64,000 nt of DNA, from positions 32,001 through 96,000 of IMG/VR virus record IMGVR_UViG_3300027963_000048; one strand, written 5' to 3'. Every line of letters starts with the position of its first letter. Positions within the stretch are counted from its first letter, which is position 1. Shown here piece after piece: positions 30,519 through 39,623 of the stretch. Source of the stretch: a virus. The notes beneath the pieces were generated by a model. That model ran no database searches and was not told where the DNA came from. It was given only the letters and a program-made list of their open reading frames with translations. A program made the translations under genes and the position numbers.

Positions 30519-31088
30519 ATGGGAAATAGATTTAGCTCTCCTGACATTCCTTCAGTAGAATGCAACTATATTGAATCGATCTTAGTAAAGTTGGTACATT
30601 ACATAAATAAAGCCCTTAAGGTATCGTATAGGCCATGCGACTTTTGGGGCTTTGCATGGACTTGCTACCACAAGTGCAAAGTATACGAGACTCATTGGCG
30701 CTATTATTTTTTTATCAGCTTATATCGTATAATCTATCAATTTATTCTTAAGGAAAATCAGAACGTAGCCCTGAGACTTAGGGGCAAGGATCTAGTTGAT
30801 AAACTGGAGGCTACACAAATGAACACTTTAAACACCGCATGGCACAACTTCCTTAAAACAAACGGTGGAATAGAGCACGTTGTAGAAGTCTTGCTGTTTG
30901 ACCAGCCAAAAGCCCAACGTCAAATGATAATAGATCACTACGTGAATGGAATGACGACTGAAGAAATCGGTAAGGCGTATGGGATTACCAAAAACAGAGT
31001 TAGACAGTTAATGAAAGCGAATTTAGCACTGCTTAAGGAATTCTTATATTATGTTAAGGATCTAGGTGAATTTTTATCTGAATTATAG
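30519..31088 (+). CDS. Sigma70-like factor (region 4 HTH)
   Basis: QRQMIIDHYVNGMTTEEIGKAYGITKNRVRQLMKANLALLK. Confidence 0.7.
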   Translation: MGNRFSSPDIPSVECNYIESILVKLVHYINKALKVSYRPCDFWGFAWTCYHKCKVYETHWRYYFFISLYRIIYQFILKENQNVALRLRGKDLVDKLEATQMNTLNTAWHNFLKTNGGIEHVVEVLLFDQPKAQRQMIIDHYVNGMTTEEIGKAYGITKNRVRQLMKANLALLKEFLYYVKDLGEFLSEL

Positions 31089-31466
31089 GACTCTTGCACC
31101 GAAGAAGCAAGGCCCCTCAGCTCCGAGCCAATCGTATAATCTATCGCCTGGTTCGAACGACATTGTTGTTCTGCTGCCATCTATCAATTGGAGATGGATG
31201 ACCCCATTGTCATACACCTTTTTAAACCTACGCATTCTGACGCCTTCTACTGACGGTCTCCGAGAGGCATCGCTCAAATAAAGTCTCAGACTAGCATATT
31301 CTGGTATAGTGCTGCCAAAGAACACCTTCACTCCTAAACTGCATAGCTTGTTGCAGCTGGCGAGTTCACCGTCAGGGAAGATAAAATCAAAACCAAAGTA
31401 ATTGATATTACCTATTACAGCGTCAAATTGTGGCGCTCTTTGGCAGTTCATAGGAATCTCGCGCAT
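31083..31466 (-). CDS. Hypothetical protein
   Basis: GAGG RBS, 127 aa. Confidence 0.55.
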   Translation of the reverse strand: MREIPMNCQRAPQFDAVIGNINYFGFDFIFPDGELASCNKLCSLGVKVFFGSTIPEYASLRLYLSDASRRPSVEGVRMRRFKKVYDNGVIHLQLIDGSRTTMSFEPGDRLYDWLGAEGPCFFGARVL

Positions 31467-31493
31467 AGCTTCCTCTCTATGACGTGTATAAAC

Positions 31494-31523
31494 AAAAACG
31501 CCCAGGATTATACACCCTGGGCG
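31494..31523 (-). terminator. Intrinsic terminator
   Basis: CGCCCAGG/CCTGGGCG stem with T-tract on the minus strand. Confidence 0.55.
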
Positions 31524-31530
31524 ACGTCAT

Positions 31531-31803
31531 TTAATCGGCGTGAATCATATCAACTTGGTTGTCATTAACGCTAGCGAAATAACTACCTACCATCGTGCTA
31601 CCGTAGGTGTTGGATTTGAAGACGTTAATGCGATAATAGCGTCCGAATAAATGATGGCACAAGGATTTATCGAAAATCGGCTTATCAACCTTGGTCCAGA
31701 GTGACTCGACTATGTCGTCAACCGACACCTTGACTTTTATTTCTTTTTCTTTAGCCATGTTCGAACTCAATATCTCAGCCATGATACTCCCCCTATATTC
31801 CAC
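31531..31803 (-). CDS. Hypothetical protein
   Basis: ORF in a run of minus-strand small genes. Confidence 0.5.
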   Translation of the reverse strand: MEYRGSIMAEILSSNMAKEKEIKVKVSVDDIVESLWTKVDKPIFDKSLCHHLFGRYYRINVFKSNTYGSTMVGSYFASVNDNQVDMIHAD

Positions 31804-31829
31804 TCTGAACCCAACTACATGTGGCAGTA

Positions 31830-32078
31830 TTATTGATCCTTGAGTATGGGCAACTTACGTCTCCTGTATTCCCTGACAAGTGCTAGATACATCGGATTTG
31901 GATCGCTGTCATAATACATATCATCTGCACTAGGCCCGCTGCATCCATAGTGTATCTCATCATCGCCGTCTCTTTTTAATTTAGCAATGATGTTAGCAAG
32001 ATGATCGTCCCCTATCTCTCCAAGAGCTAGAGTGTGACCGTCTTTGGTCCTCCAACGCAGGTTATAACGTGGCATCAC
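31830..32078 (-). CDS. Hypothetical phage protein (WxTKDG...M/IxDxHLxNxI type)
   Basis: WRTKDG..L.EIGDDHLANII. Confidence 0.55.
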   Translation of the reverse strand: MMPRYNLRWRTKDGHTLALGEIGDDHLANIIAKLKRDGDDEIHYGCSGPSADDMYYDSDPNPMYLALVREYRRRKLPILKDQ

Positions 32079-32257
32079 ACTAATTCCCGTTCGTAGCTGA
32101 TGGGGGTAATGGTGTAGAGCATTATAGCTTTGCCTGTGGTATCGTAACCTACTATCTCGTTTTTACCATACTTCTCACCAACCTTTACACAATGCTCTTT
32201 GCTACCTTTATCAATGATGCGATTGCCGTAGTCTCGTATCTCGTAACTCTTTTTCAT
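32075..32257 (-). CDS. Hypothetical protein
   Basis: AGGTGG RBS; coupled to the next gene. Confidence 0.5.
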   Translation of the reverse strand: MKKSYEIRDYGNRIIDKGSKEHCVKVGEKYGKNEIVGYDTTGKAIMLYTITPISYERELV

Positions 32258-32283
32258 AAATCCACCTTTCTACTAACAGGGGT

Positions 32284-32550
32284 TTAAAGGTAAATGAATT
32301 CTAACAATTCAATACCGCACTTGACAATCGTCGCTCTATTAATGCCGGTGCTCATGAATGGCAAACCCGGGAAAGCAGTCCGAGCAGCCTCGATCGCTTC
32401 CATTACGTGACTGTAGCGAGTACCGGTGTAATCCAGTCCACATTCGCTTGCTAAGCCCCACAGATAGTCACCTTCATCTCTGTAGAGCATAATCGCATCA
32501 TTCACCACTTGCATTATAGTAGCCTTCCTAGCATCAAGTTGCTCTTCCAA
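32284..32550 (-). CDS. Hypothetical protein
   Basis: 88 aa ORF. Confidence 0.45.
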   Translation of the reverse strand: MEEQLDARKATIMQVVNDAIMLYRDEGDYLWGLASECGLDYTGTRYSHVMEAIEAARTAFPGLPFMSTGINRATIVKCGIELLEFIYL

Positions 32551-32559
32551 TACGGTGTC

Positions 32560-33294
32560 TTAAGAAAGAACTAATCCGTAGATTGATTTTAAAGCATCAA
32601 AATGTCGCGCACCGTGAAAGCCAAACTTGTTTCTAATCTCGTTATCACAATCAGGTAAATGCGCCTCCATCGAAAATTTAGCAGCGATCTCAAGCGGCGC
32701 AAATTTTATCCCGTGTTTCAAAAAGATAGGCTTGTCTATCAGACAAATATGCCAGTCTTCATTGCCGTAGACGTGCGCTTCTGGCTCCGATTGATGATGG
32801 CTGATCCTTTTAACAGAAGGCTCCACGGCATCTGCGACCTTGCGGCCGTTGTATACCACGTTACAGGCGTCAATCAATTTTCTACTACGCAAGCTAAACC
32901 CACCATTGCCAACCCTGCATTCAGGACGTTGCGTCGAGTCGACGCTCCACGGAGCACCGATATAATCGTAATTCCAGAATCTATCATCCCAATTTTGCGT
33001 ATTCAATATAAACCCGTCATGCTGAATCACTAAAGCATAATCAGTATCAACGTACTGGTGTAACTTTTTGCTTAATAGGTAGCTGTATTCGTGAATGTCG
33101 AATGGATCCATCTTACGGTAGCCGAATCTGCCGTCACCATGTTGGTAACCTGACAAAAATTCGATCTTGGCGAAGTCGGCCTTAGAAGTACACTGCTCGA
33201 TGGCGAACGCTGACTGCCGGTAGGATAATTCATCGCTACGGCCGTCAGCCAAAAACAAGGTCACATTTTTTAAGTTTAACATATAGCACCCCAC
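32560..33294 (-). CDS. DUF5672-family glycosyltransferase-like protein
   Basis: IQHDGFI, YDYIGAPW, VGNGGFSLRS, NED, FGFH. Confidence 0.8.
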   Translation of the reverse strand: MGCYMLNLKNVTLFLADGRSDELSYRQSAFAIEQCTSKADFAKIEFLSGYQHGDGRFGYRKMDPFDIHEYSYLLSKKLHQYVDTDYALVIQHDGFILNTQNWDDRFWNYDYIGAPWSVDSTQRPECRVGNGGFSLRSRKLIDACNVVYNGRKVADAVEPSVKRISHHQSEPEAHVYGNEDWHICLIDKPIFLKHGIKFAPLEIAAKFSMEAHLPDCDNEIRNKFGFHGARHFDALKSIYGLVLS

Positions 33295-33301
33295 TTAACG
33301 T

Positions 33302-33787
33302 ATGTATTTGAGATTTTTTCCAAACCTACAGGAGGAATCGATGGTTGTATTCATGTGTTTAGCGATCATAGGCAGCGATCTATATTCAGCTATAAGGAAC
33401 AAGGATGTCTTACCCACAAGAGATGAAATTCGCATTATGAGAGACACAAACGAGGTAAGACGTGAACATGGTCTCAAGCCAGTCCGATTTGACCTACGTC
33501 TCTGCGCAGCAGCGAGGATGCACGCTAATAACATGGCCAGAGTGCGACGCATGAGCCATTACCTTCTTGGTGGGAACCCGGGCACCAGAGCCGCCAGCCA
33601 CGGTTATACACATATGGTTGGTGAGAATATTGCGTACGGTTACGTGCCAACTGAAGTGGTGCGTAACTCATGGATGCCGTCACCATCACATAGGCAAAAT
33701 ATATTAGACCCTGACTGGACGACAATAGGTACTGGCCTTGGCGCAAACGGGGTCTGGTATCTCTGCCAAGTATTCGGTAAGGAATAG
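33302..33787 (+). CDS. CAP/SCP domain protein with N-terminal hydrophobic segment
   Basis: NEVRREHGL, AA..HA..M....MSH, GENIA.G, WM.SPSHRQNIL, IGTG. Confidence 0.9.
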   Translation: MYLRFFPNLQEESMVVFMCLAIIGSDLYSAIRNKDVLPTRDEIRIMRDTNEVRREHGLKPVRFDLRLCAAARMHANNMARVRRMSHYLLGGNPGTRAASHGYTHMVGENIAYGYVPTEVVRNSWMPSPSHRQNILDPDWTTIGTGLGANGVWYLCQVFGKE

Positions 33788-33791
33788 AAAT

Positions 33792-33811
33792 GGGGGGCTA
33801 GGTAGCCCCCC
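33792..33811. terminator. Hairpin between convergent genes
   Basis: GGGGGGCTA..TAGCCCCCC. Confidence 0.5.
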
Positions 33812-33819
33812 TCTTATTC

Positions 33820-34152
33820 TTACTGATACCGCACGCAAGCATAAAACTTGCCATCTGATCCCACCGCTACACCTATCTCAGCAGGAACACGTTTCCCCCA
33901 GTAGCAGCAGTTAGAAACCGCCTCATCCGAGGTATTTCCACGACCCACCCCTTCGAATCCAGCAAACCCGCCACAATGCCCCAGGCGGCACCGAGCTGCT
34001 TGCATCAGAGCGACACCTTGAGCGGTTGAGTTATCGCCACCTTCATCAGCAGTGCTGACGGCGCGATGACGTAACAACCGTGGCCGAGCCTGTATACTGT
34101 CGGCGCACAATGTGAAAATAACACTAATTAACAAGATATTCCTTAATTTCAA
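33820..34152 (-). CDS. Secreted Cys-rich protein of a CAP-like/Planctomycete-type family
   Basis: Signal peptide; GH.GG...EGVG....A..NCCYWG.R...IGVA.G.DG..YACVRY. Confidence 0.6.
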   Translation of the reverse strand: MKLRNILLISVIFTLCADSIQARPRLLRHRAVSTADEGGDNSTAQGVALMQAARCRLGHCGGFAGFEGVGRGNTSDEAVSNCCYWGKRVPAEIGVAVGSDGKFYACVRYQ

Positions 34153-34165
34153 GTTACTGCTCCAT

Positions 34166-34426
34166 TTAGACTATCGGGACGCTCGTCTTACCGTCCAGCT
34201 TAGACGGCTTAGACTTAAATTGCTTGACCTCGTGAACAATTACAACTTTTAAACTCGGATATTTAACTTGCAAGCATCTTGCATCCTCCTTCAAAGAATC
34301 CAGCTGACTAACGTCCACTTTCTTTAGGCTATGTGGCCCAAGCGTGACATAGTATGGGGTGTCGCTTAAAGCAACTTGATTACCTATCCAGTAATGATCG
34401 ATATAGTTAGCCACTAATAGCTCCAA
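34166..34426 (-). CDS. Hypothetical protein
   Basis: 86 aa ORF. Confidence 0.45.
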   Translation of the reverse strand: MELLVANYIDHYWIGNQVALSDTPYYVTLGPHSLKKVDVSQLDSLKEDARCLQVKYPSLKVVIVHEVKQFKSKPSKLDGKTSVPIV

Positions 34427-34473
34427 TTATATGTGCGCCGAATCGGTTAGACTCGACGCACAACTTATATATC

Positions 34474-34761
34474 CTAAGTGCCACGTGGTGCTGGACTTGC
34501 GCCAGTCGGCTTCACCGTAGGCAATGGTGACGGAGTACCAAGTGACGGTGCCTGTGGCTGGCTAAAAACCGGTGGCGGAACTGTCTCCGCTGGTGCGGCG
34601 GGAACCGGCGCCGCAGGGTACACAGGAGGAAAATTAGGCGTCGGAATGATCGCCCCAGGAGGTGGTGGGCCCATGCTACTATCCCAAACCCGCGGTGGAT
34701 TGTTATATTTGTTAATGCAACCAACCAAAGAACACAAGGCTAAACCAGCTAACATTCGCAT
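34474..34761 (-). CDS. Proline-rich lipoprotein
   Basis: Lipobox LVGC after a hydrophobic signal; Pro-rich body. Confidence 0.65.
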   Translation of the reverse strand: MRMLAGLALCSLVGCINKYNNPPRVWDSSMGPPPPGAIIPTPNFPPVYPAAPVPAAPAETVPPPVFSQPQAPSLGTPSPLPTVKPTGASPAPRGT

Positions 34762-34818
34762 TTCTCATACCCTTGTTAAAGTTAACACTTCCATGTGGGT
34801 CAGTTCCTTACAGTGACC

Positions 34819-34848
34819 TGTGACATTGTTAAGCCACAAGAAAAATCT
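34819..34848 (-). promoter_or_regulatory. AGATTT-N17-TGTCACA element
   Basis: Same motif and spacing as the right-arm elements, upstream of the lipoprotein gene. Confidence 0.5.
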
Positions 34849-34853
34849 ACTGT

Positions 34854-35654
34854 ATGAAGCTACAATACATTCTTGAAGCAGGTCACTGGGAAATCGCTCC
34901 CGGTAATTATCCCAATTGTATTACCAAGCAGAAAAAAGGGAGGATGTCTCTCCTTGTGCATCCTAAGGATCGAGATAAGTTTATTAATTGGGGACGAAAG
35001 TCTAAGAATTCATTAAATGAAGACATTTATCCTAATAGGACAGCAGTAGTTTACCATAGAACCAAACCTGAAAATCTCGAAGCTATATTATCGAAATCAT
35101 GGGATACAGGCGGCGGCACAGGTTTTGGTGCAGGGTTATACGCTACCTTATTCATCGATGATCAATTCGAGTCTATGATGGACAGAACATATGGATCCAT
35201 GATATTGAAACTCAAAGTGACTGGCCTTGACAAATACTTGATAACTCCTCTGGGCGTCGCAAAGAAAATTCTGGGCACAGATTACAGTATCAGTTCGCAA
35301 TTGGAGCGGCTTAACGCCACCGATCTGTTTACGCCGGAGTCAATACAGCAATTTGATCGATTGATGTCTCGTCATTCAAGTAATCTGGGACAAGTCATAT
35401 ACGATACTAACCCTAAAATTCAAACTAAGGTCAGAGGGATGATATATCAAGCATTTGAAGGGTATTGCTTAGTCAAGTATCATCCTATCGAAGATGGCAG
35501 CGTTACTTTATTGGGTTACGCCGAAGCATACTGCGATAATCAAAGAAAATATGATGCTATAAAATCTAACCAGGTCGGCGCTTGGATTACGTCTACTGAC
35601 AAGGCAGCTTTAAAATCATTATTCAGGGCTAAAAGCAAAAGCACGTCCGTTTAA
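34854..35654 (+). CDS. ADP-ribosyltransferase-like protein with MKLxxILE leader
   Basis: VYHRT...L.AI....W..G....FGAGLYAT (H-Y class ART motifs); leader MKLQYILE and internal LNE. Confidence 0.6.
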   Translation: MKLQYILEAGHWEIAPGNYPNCITKQKKGRMSLLVHPKDRDKFINWGRKSKNSLNEDIYPNRTAVVYHRTKPENLEAILSKSWDTGGGTGFGAGLYATLFIDDQFESMMDRTYGSMILKLKVTGLDKYLITPLGVAKKILGTDYSISSQLERLNATDLFTPESIQQFDRLMSRHSSNLGQVIYDTNPKIQTKVRGMIYQAFEGYCLVKYHPIEDGSVTLLGYAEAYCDNQRKYDAIKSNQVGAWITSTDKAALKSLFRAKSKSTSV

Positions 35655-35840
35655 TTGGTCCCTATTATTAGCCCCATCAGGTTTAAAGATGCAGCGAACG
35701 ATCATTTTGCAACTGGTGCATTAGACCAGTGTCCGGTAATGAAGAAGAAGTATTAATAAAATGTGTCAGTGGATGGCCTGCTGATCGAAAGGTTTCGTGA
35801 GCCAACACCTCAAGAACTTTACTTTTAGAGAGGGGAAACG

Positions 35841-36185
35841 ATGATAATAACTTTTTGGAGATGGCTGATAGACCTATTGGTTGTGTATTATAACACCAAG
35901 CCGCCCCAGCCGCCCCGCAAATACCCACCCATGCCCAAATGTGTCGAGCCCGGGCAAGGCGTTCGTGGCGAGACCTTGGGGCCAAGGGAAACAATCAACC
36001 CACCCAAGGGAGGGAGCGGCACGGCTCACCTTTCCCTTGGCAGAGCGCACATTGACAGCCTTAGAAAGGGAGAGGGCCGACATTGTGGCGTACAAGGCCA
36101 TCTGCACGGATCCTTTTGTCCGGGAGGTTTTACGGAGGTTTCTGGGAGCGCACAGTTCCACCGAGGGCTTGATCAAGTGCAATAA
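35841..36185 (+). CDS. Hypothetical protein
   Basis: GAGGGG RBS; competing overlapping frames exist. Confidence 0.3.
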   Translation: MIITFWRWLIDLLVVYYNTKPPQPPRKYPPMPKCVEPGQGVRGETLGPRETINPPKGGSGTAHLSLGRAHIDSLRKGEGRHCGVQGHLHGSFCPGGFTEVSGSAQFHRGLDQVQ

Positions 36186-36227
36186 CTGTCGCCTGTAGGT
36201 AGTAGTCATTCCAGCCAGGTCGCTATC

Positions 36228-36764
36228 ATGGCAAAGCTTAAATTACCAGACGCAGATAAATATATCTTCGATTTCGATTATACGTTATTCAAGACCGTCG
36301 AAACAGTACTGATCAGTAGTCCACGTGGCACTCGGCGGTTGGGTGATAAGACCTATTGCGAAGTGACATCGCCGCAATTCGCAAATTATGTCATGGCACC
36401 CGATGAGTCATTTGATGACAATAGTTTTATTAACTTTAGATCGGTGGACTTCACCAAGGCAACACCAATACAAGACGTACTTGACTTCTACGAGCAAATC
36501 AACAACAAGCTCATCCTAAGTGCCAGACCGCATAAAGCGGCAGACGACATTCGAAAGCGTCTAGGAAAAGACACTGAATTCATAGGGCTAGGTCATAGTG
36601 ATGCTTTAATGAAGATGAACATTATTAAACATTATAATAAGCCACTAGTTTTCGAAGATTCTAGTAAATTAGTGGCCAAATTAATCTCCGATAAGATCAA
36701 TTGCATTCATGTCATCCACGAGTCTAAAGATGTGTACCATTTAAGACTATATCAATTCAATTAG
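36228..36764 (+). CDS. HAD-superfamily phosphatase-like protein
   Basis: FDFDYTLF motif I, ILSAR motif II, K...FEDS. Confidence 0.75.
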   Translation: MAKLKLPDADKYIFDFDYTLFKTVETVLISSPRGTRRLGDKTYCEVTSPQFANYVMAPDESFDDNSFINFRSVDFTKATPIQDVLDFYEQINNKLILSARPHKAADDIRKRLGKDTEFIGLGHSDALMKMNIIKHYNKPLVFEDSSKLVAKLISDKINCIHVIHESKDVYHLRLYQFN

Positions 36765-36806
36765 CCAATTGTTTAAATGGACCACACCTGCCGCCAAATC
36801 TATCTT

Positions 36807-37238
36807 ATGAAACTTAAACTTATAATTGAACAGACGGAATCACTCCCTTCTATTAGTAGCGTTAATACTGTGATGTCTTCACTACTAAGCGCCGCGCAAG
36901 CCGTGTACGACCAGTGGGAGCAAAACGAAGATGGCTACGATCATGAATACGGAGAAGGTGGTATCTGCCACGACATAGCCGACGCAATGGCTGCGGTGCT
37001 AAATGCTCATAATATCGAGGCGGTGGCTTACTCGCAAATGATCGGCGATGTCCACGTCTATGTGATTGCCAAGTTCGCAGAAGGCGTTTACGAGATCAAT
37101 ATCCCTCCACATGTCTATGAGAGAGGCAGTGCATATACTTGGAGCAAAATTCCCAACATAACGTTAAAACCACACGACGTGAGCATAAATCAAGTTTATT
37201 CAGATCCTAACCAATTCGACGAATATTTGGAAATGTAG
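36807..37238 (+). CDS. Hypothetical protein with MKLxxIIE leader
   Basis: MKLKLIIEQ at ATG 36807; AQAVYDQW...GGICHDIA. Confidence 0.6.
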   Translation: MKLKLIIEQTESLPSISSVNTVMSSLLSAAQAVYDQWEQNEDGYDHEYGEGGICHDIADAMAAVLNAHNIEAVAYSQMIGDVHVYVIAKFAEGVYEINIPPHVYERGSAYTWSKIPNITLKPHDVSINQVYSDPNQFDEYLEM

Positions 37239-37246
37239 AGAAGTGC

Positions 37247-38350
37247 TTAGACGTACTTCTTTGTGATAGCATGAACATACTGATGACCCATACCAGCCCT
37301 TAAAATCGGCGGCACATGAATAGTCGCGTTATTCTCCACATCTCTCATCGCTGCGTGAATTGCATTAAACGCAGTCTTATCACGTTCAGACCGTGCCATC
37401 TCAACAGTAGCCAAAGCCATCGGAATCATGCACTCTGGCATACCGGTCTTTTCGGTAGTATAGCAAGCAGCCATAGCCGTTGTAACGGCATGAGGATTAC
37501 TAGCGCAATCCTCAAAAGCAGTAATTAACATCCTACGACAAATATAAGCCGGATCCTCACCACTAGAAAGCCACTTAGCTAACCAATAAATTGCAGCATC
37601 CACATCACTATGCTGAATACTCTCCTGGTAACAGTGGGCCAAATCAAAATGATCATTGCCACTAGAATCGAAGCATAAATTCTTATGTGGCATCGCTACG
37701 TCTAATGCCGCACAAGTGATATGGCCGTCCTCGCAGAGGATCTCGACCAGAGTCTCTAACACCAAAACCAACTTCCGCGCATCCCCACTGCAACGATTAA
37801 TTAAAGACTTAGCTGCATCTACTTCTATCTTGACTGCTTTCCCGCTAGACTTGTAGTAATCCTTAACTCGATGGATTAACTTAACCAATGCTGCGTTATC
37901 TAAAGGCTTCGTCTCCTGCACCAGACAGCGAGAAAGCAACGCCTTATTCACAGCAAATCGTGCGGATTCGACAGTCAGGCCGATCAGCGTCACCTCGTTA
38001 TTTTCAATCGCTGGCAGCAGGATATCCTGAACGTTCTTAGACCAGCGATGGATTTCATCCACTAAAACGATCGTGCGCTTCTCGGAAGCTGCGGCTTGCT
38101 TTAAGACAGCCTTAAGCTCCTTTGTGCCGTCCGCAGTCGCATTCATCTTAGCAAAAGCGCAGTCCGTGTCGTTAGCCAACGCAAACGCTATGCTCGTTTT
38201 ACCGGTACCAGGAGGACCCCAAAGCAGCACGTGCTGCAGACGTTTGCCCTCGGCCATCTTGCTAAAGATCATGCCGGGCCCTACAAGATGATCCTGGCCT
38301 AAGACCGCAGATAACGTTTGCGGTCTGAGTACTGTCGCTAAGCAATTCAT
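37247..38350 (-). CDS. rarA: Replication-associated recombination protein A (RarA/MgsA AAA+ ATPase)
   Basis: LA..LRP..L....GQ.HL, WGPPGTGKT, VDEIHR, ALLSRC, GDAR, SD.DAA.YWL, GEDP.YI.RR. Confidence 0.92.
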   Translation of the reverse strand: MNCLATVLRPQTLSAVLGQDHLVGPGMIFSKMAEGKRLQHVLLWGPPGTGKTSIAFALANDTDCAFAKMNATADGTKELKAVLKQAAASEKRTIVLVDEIHRWSKNVQDILLPAIENNEVTLIGLTVESARFAVNKALLSRCLVQETKPLDNAALVKLIHRVKDYYKSSGKAVKIEVDAAKSLINRCSGDARKLVLVLETLVEILCEDGHITCAALDVAMPHKNLCFDSSGNDHFDLAHCYQESIQHSDVDAAIYWLAKWLSSGEDPAYICRRMLITAFEDCASNPHAVTTAMAACYTTEKTGMPECMIPMALATVEMARSERDKTAFNAIHAAMRDVENNATIHVPPILRAGMGHQYVHAITKKYV

Positions 38351-38436
38351 AAATAGCCAATCTGTAAAAATTTATTAAACGAAGGCACGAAACCTTGATC
38401 CTAGCGTTAGACTAGACTAGTTGATATCGCTTTTGA

Positions 38437-38691
38437 TCAATTGGGCTTCCTGATCAATTGGGCATCCACTAGTCTAGTCTTAATCAGTTGATAAAGATCG
38501 GGATCAGAGAGCTCCGCCTGCAGCACTTTGAATTCTTCGATACTAAAAACTGATGACGAGTAATCAAAACGCATACACTGAAAGGCATCACTGCCAATAC
38601 GAACATGCCAGACTTCATCGGGCCGCAATTCTCCAAGTATTCCAGTAATGAAATCAGCACACTTACAAGTAACATCATCGACAATCATCAT
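38437..38691 (-). CDS. Hypothetical protein
   Basis: ORF in a minus-strand run. Confidence 0.4.
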   Translation of the reverse strand: MMIVDDVTCKCADFITGILGELRPDEVWHVRIGSDAFQCMRFDYSSSVFSIEEFKVLQAELSDPDLYQLIKTRLVDAQLIRKPN

Positions 38692-38694
38692 ATC

Positions 38695-38886
38695 TCACTT
38701 TTCATTAGCCTTAGCCTTCTGCATAACAATCGTAGGTTTGGCAGTAGGTTTAGCAACCAAAACAGGCTTAGCCTGCCTAGGCGACCTAACCAGCAATCCA
38801 GTCAATAACCCTAATGAATGCACGAACAAGGTCGTAAACACTATAATCAACATGGTAGTAGTCTGATCAGCGGATAAAACAGGCAT
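38695..38886 (-). CDS. Small membrane protein
   Basis: GGAGG RBS, one TM helix. Confidence 0.5.
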   Translation of the reverse strand: MPVLSADQTTTMLIIVFTTLFVHSLGLLTGLLVRSPRQAKPVLVAKPTAKPTIVMQKAKANEK

Positions 38887-38922
38887 AGCGCACCTCCTAT
38901 TATACCACCAATACAGATGAGA

Positions 38923-39219
38923 TCAACTTCCCCTTATAACCCAGTATGCAAACCGACATAACAACCAACCTACCGCCAAAACACCCAAGAGCATGAAAAA
39001 CGCCTTAGCCAATCCGAAGTGAGCGATAGCGTACACGATCCAGACGAATGGCGCCAGAGCCGCAGCGCAAGCGCAAGCAACAAGCGCTATCACTAAAGCC
39101 GACCCATAGAACCATACAGTAACAAGACTTCCTACCATAAATAGGCGTGTGCCTGCAGCTTCAAGCTGCTCATAAGAACCAGGATTGCCACGCCTATCAT
39201 TAACGCTTTGCCAACTCAT
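38923..39219 (-). CDS. Membrane protein
   Basis: Two or three hydrophobic segments. Confidence 0.55.
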   Translation of the reverse strand: MSWQSVNDRRGNPGSYEQLEAAGTRLFMVGSLVTVWFYGSALVIALVACACAAALAPFVWIVYAIAHFGLAKAFFMLLGVLAVGWLLCRFAYWVIRGS

Positions 39220-39221
39220 AC

Positions 39222-39488
39222 CTAACTCCCAACGTGCTTAATAAGACTGCCTAGTAGCCACTTACTACCTTTGGCAGTAATCACATATCGTTGAGAAATG
39301 CCATTTCGCTCCAGCACCTTGCGAATTCCACCAGCAGGCAGATGAGGTTTTATAACCGAGACCAGACCATCACGACGCAAACGCCATAGGTACGTCGGTA
39401 CCGACACCGATCTCAGTGATCGCGCCAAATCAGTAGCTGTGAAACTGCCATCAGTTAACTTTGCAAGAATCTTAACTCGTAAATTCAT
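39222..39488 (-). CDS. Winged-helix DNA-binding protein
   Basis: ILAKL....TATDLA...YL.RLRRDGLV...RYVITAKG. Confidence 0.6.
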   Translation of the reverse strand: MNLRVKILAKLTDGSFTATDLARSLRSVSVPTYLWRLRRDGLVSVIKPHLPAGGIRKVLERNGISQRYVITAKGSKWLLGSLIKHVGS

Positions 39489-39623
39489 CTCAGCCCTCCA
39501 AGAATTAAAGTGAATTGAACCGATAACCCGTGGCAGTATTTATGGTTCGTAGCAATACCATTTCCCAGCAGCTTGCAATCTGTTACACTGCCGAGGACGA
39601 TAACATTCAAAGGAGATAAGACG

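Noticed and set aside
34474-34761. Lipoprotein as an o-spanin
   Set aside because: No adjacent i-spanin, holin or endolysin, and it sits under an early-type element
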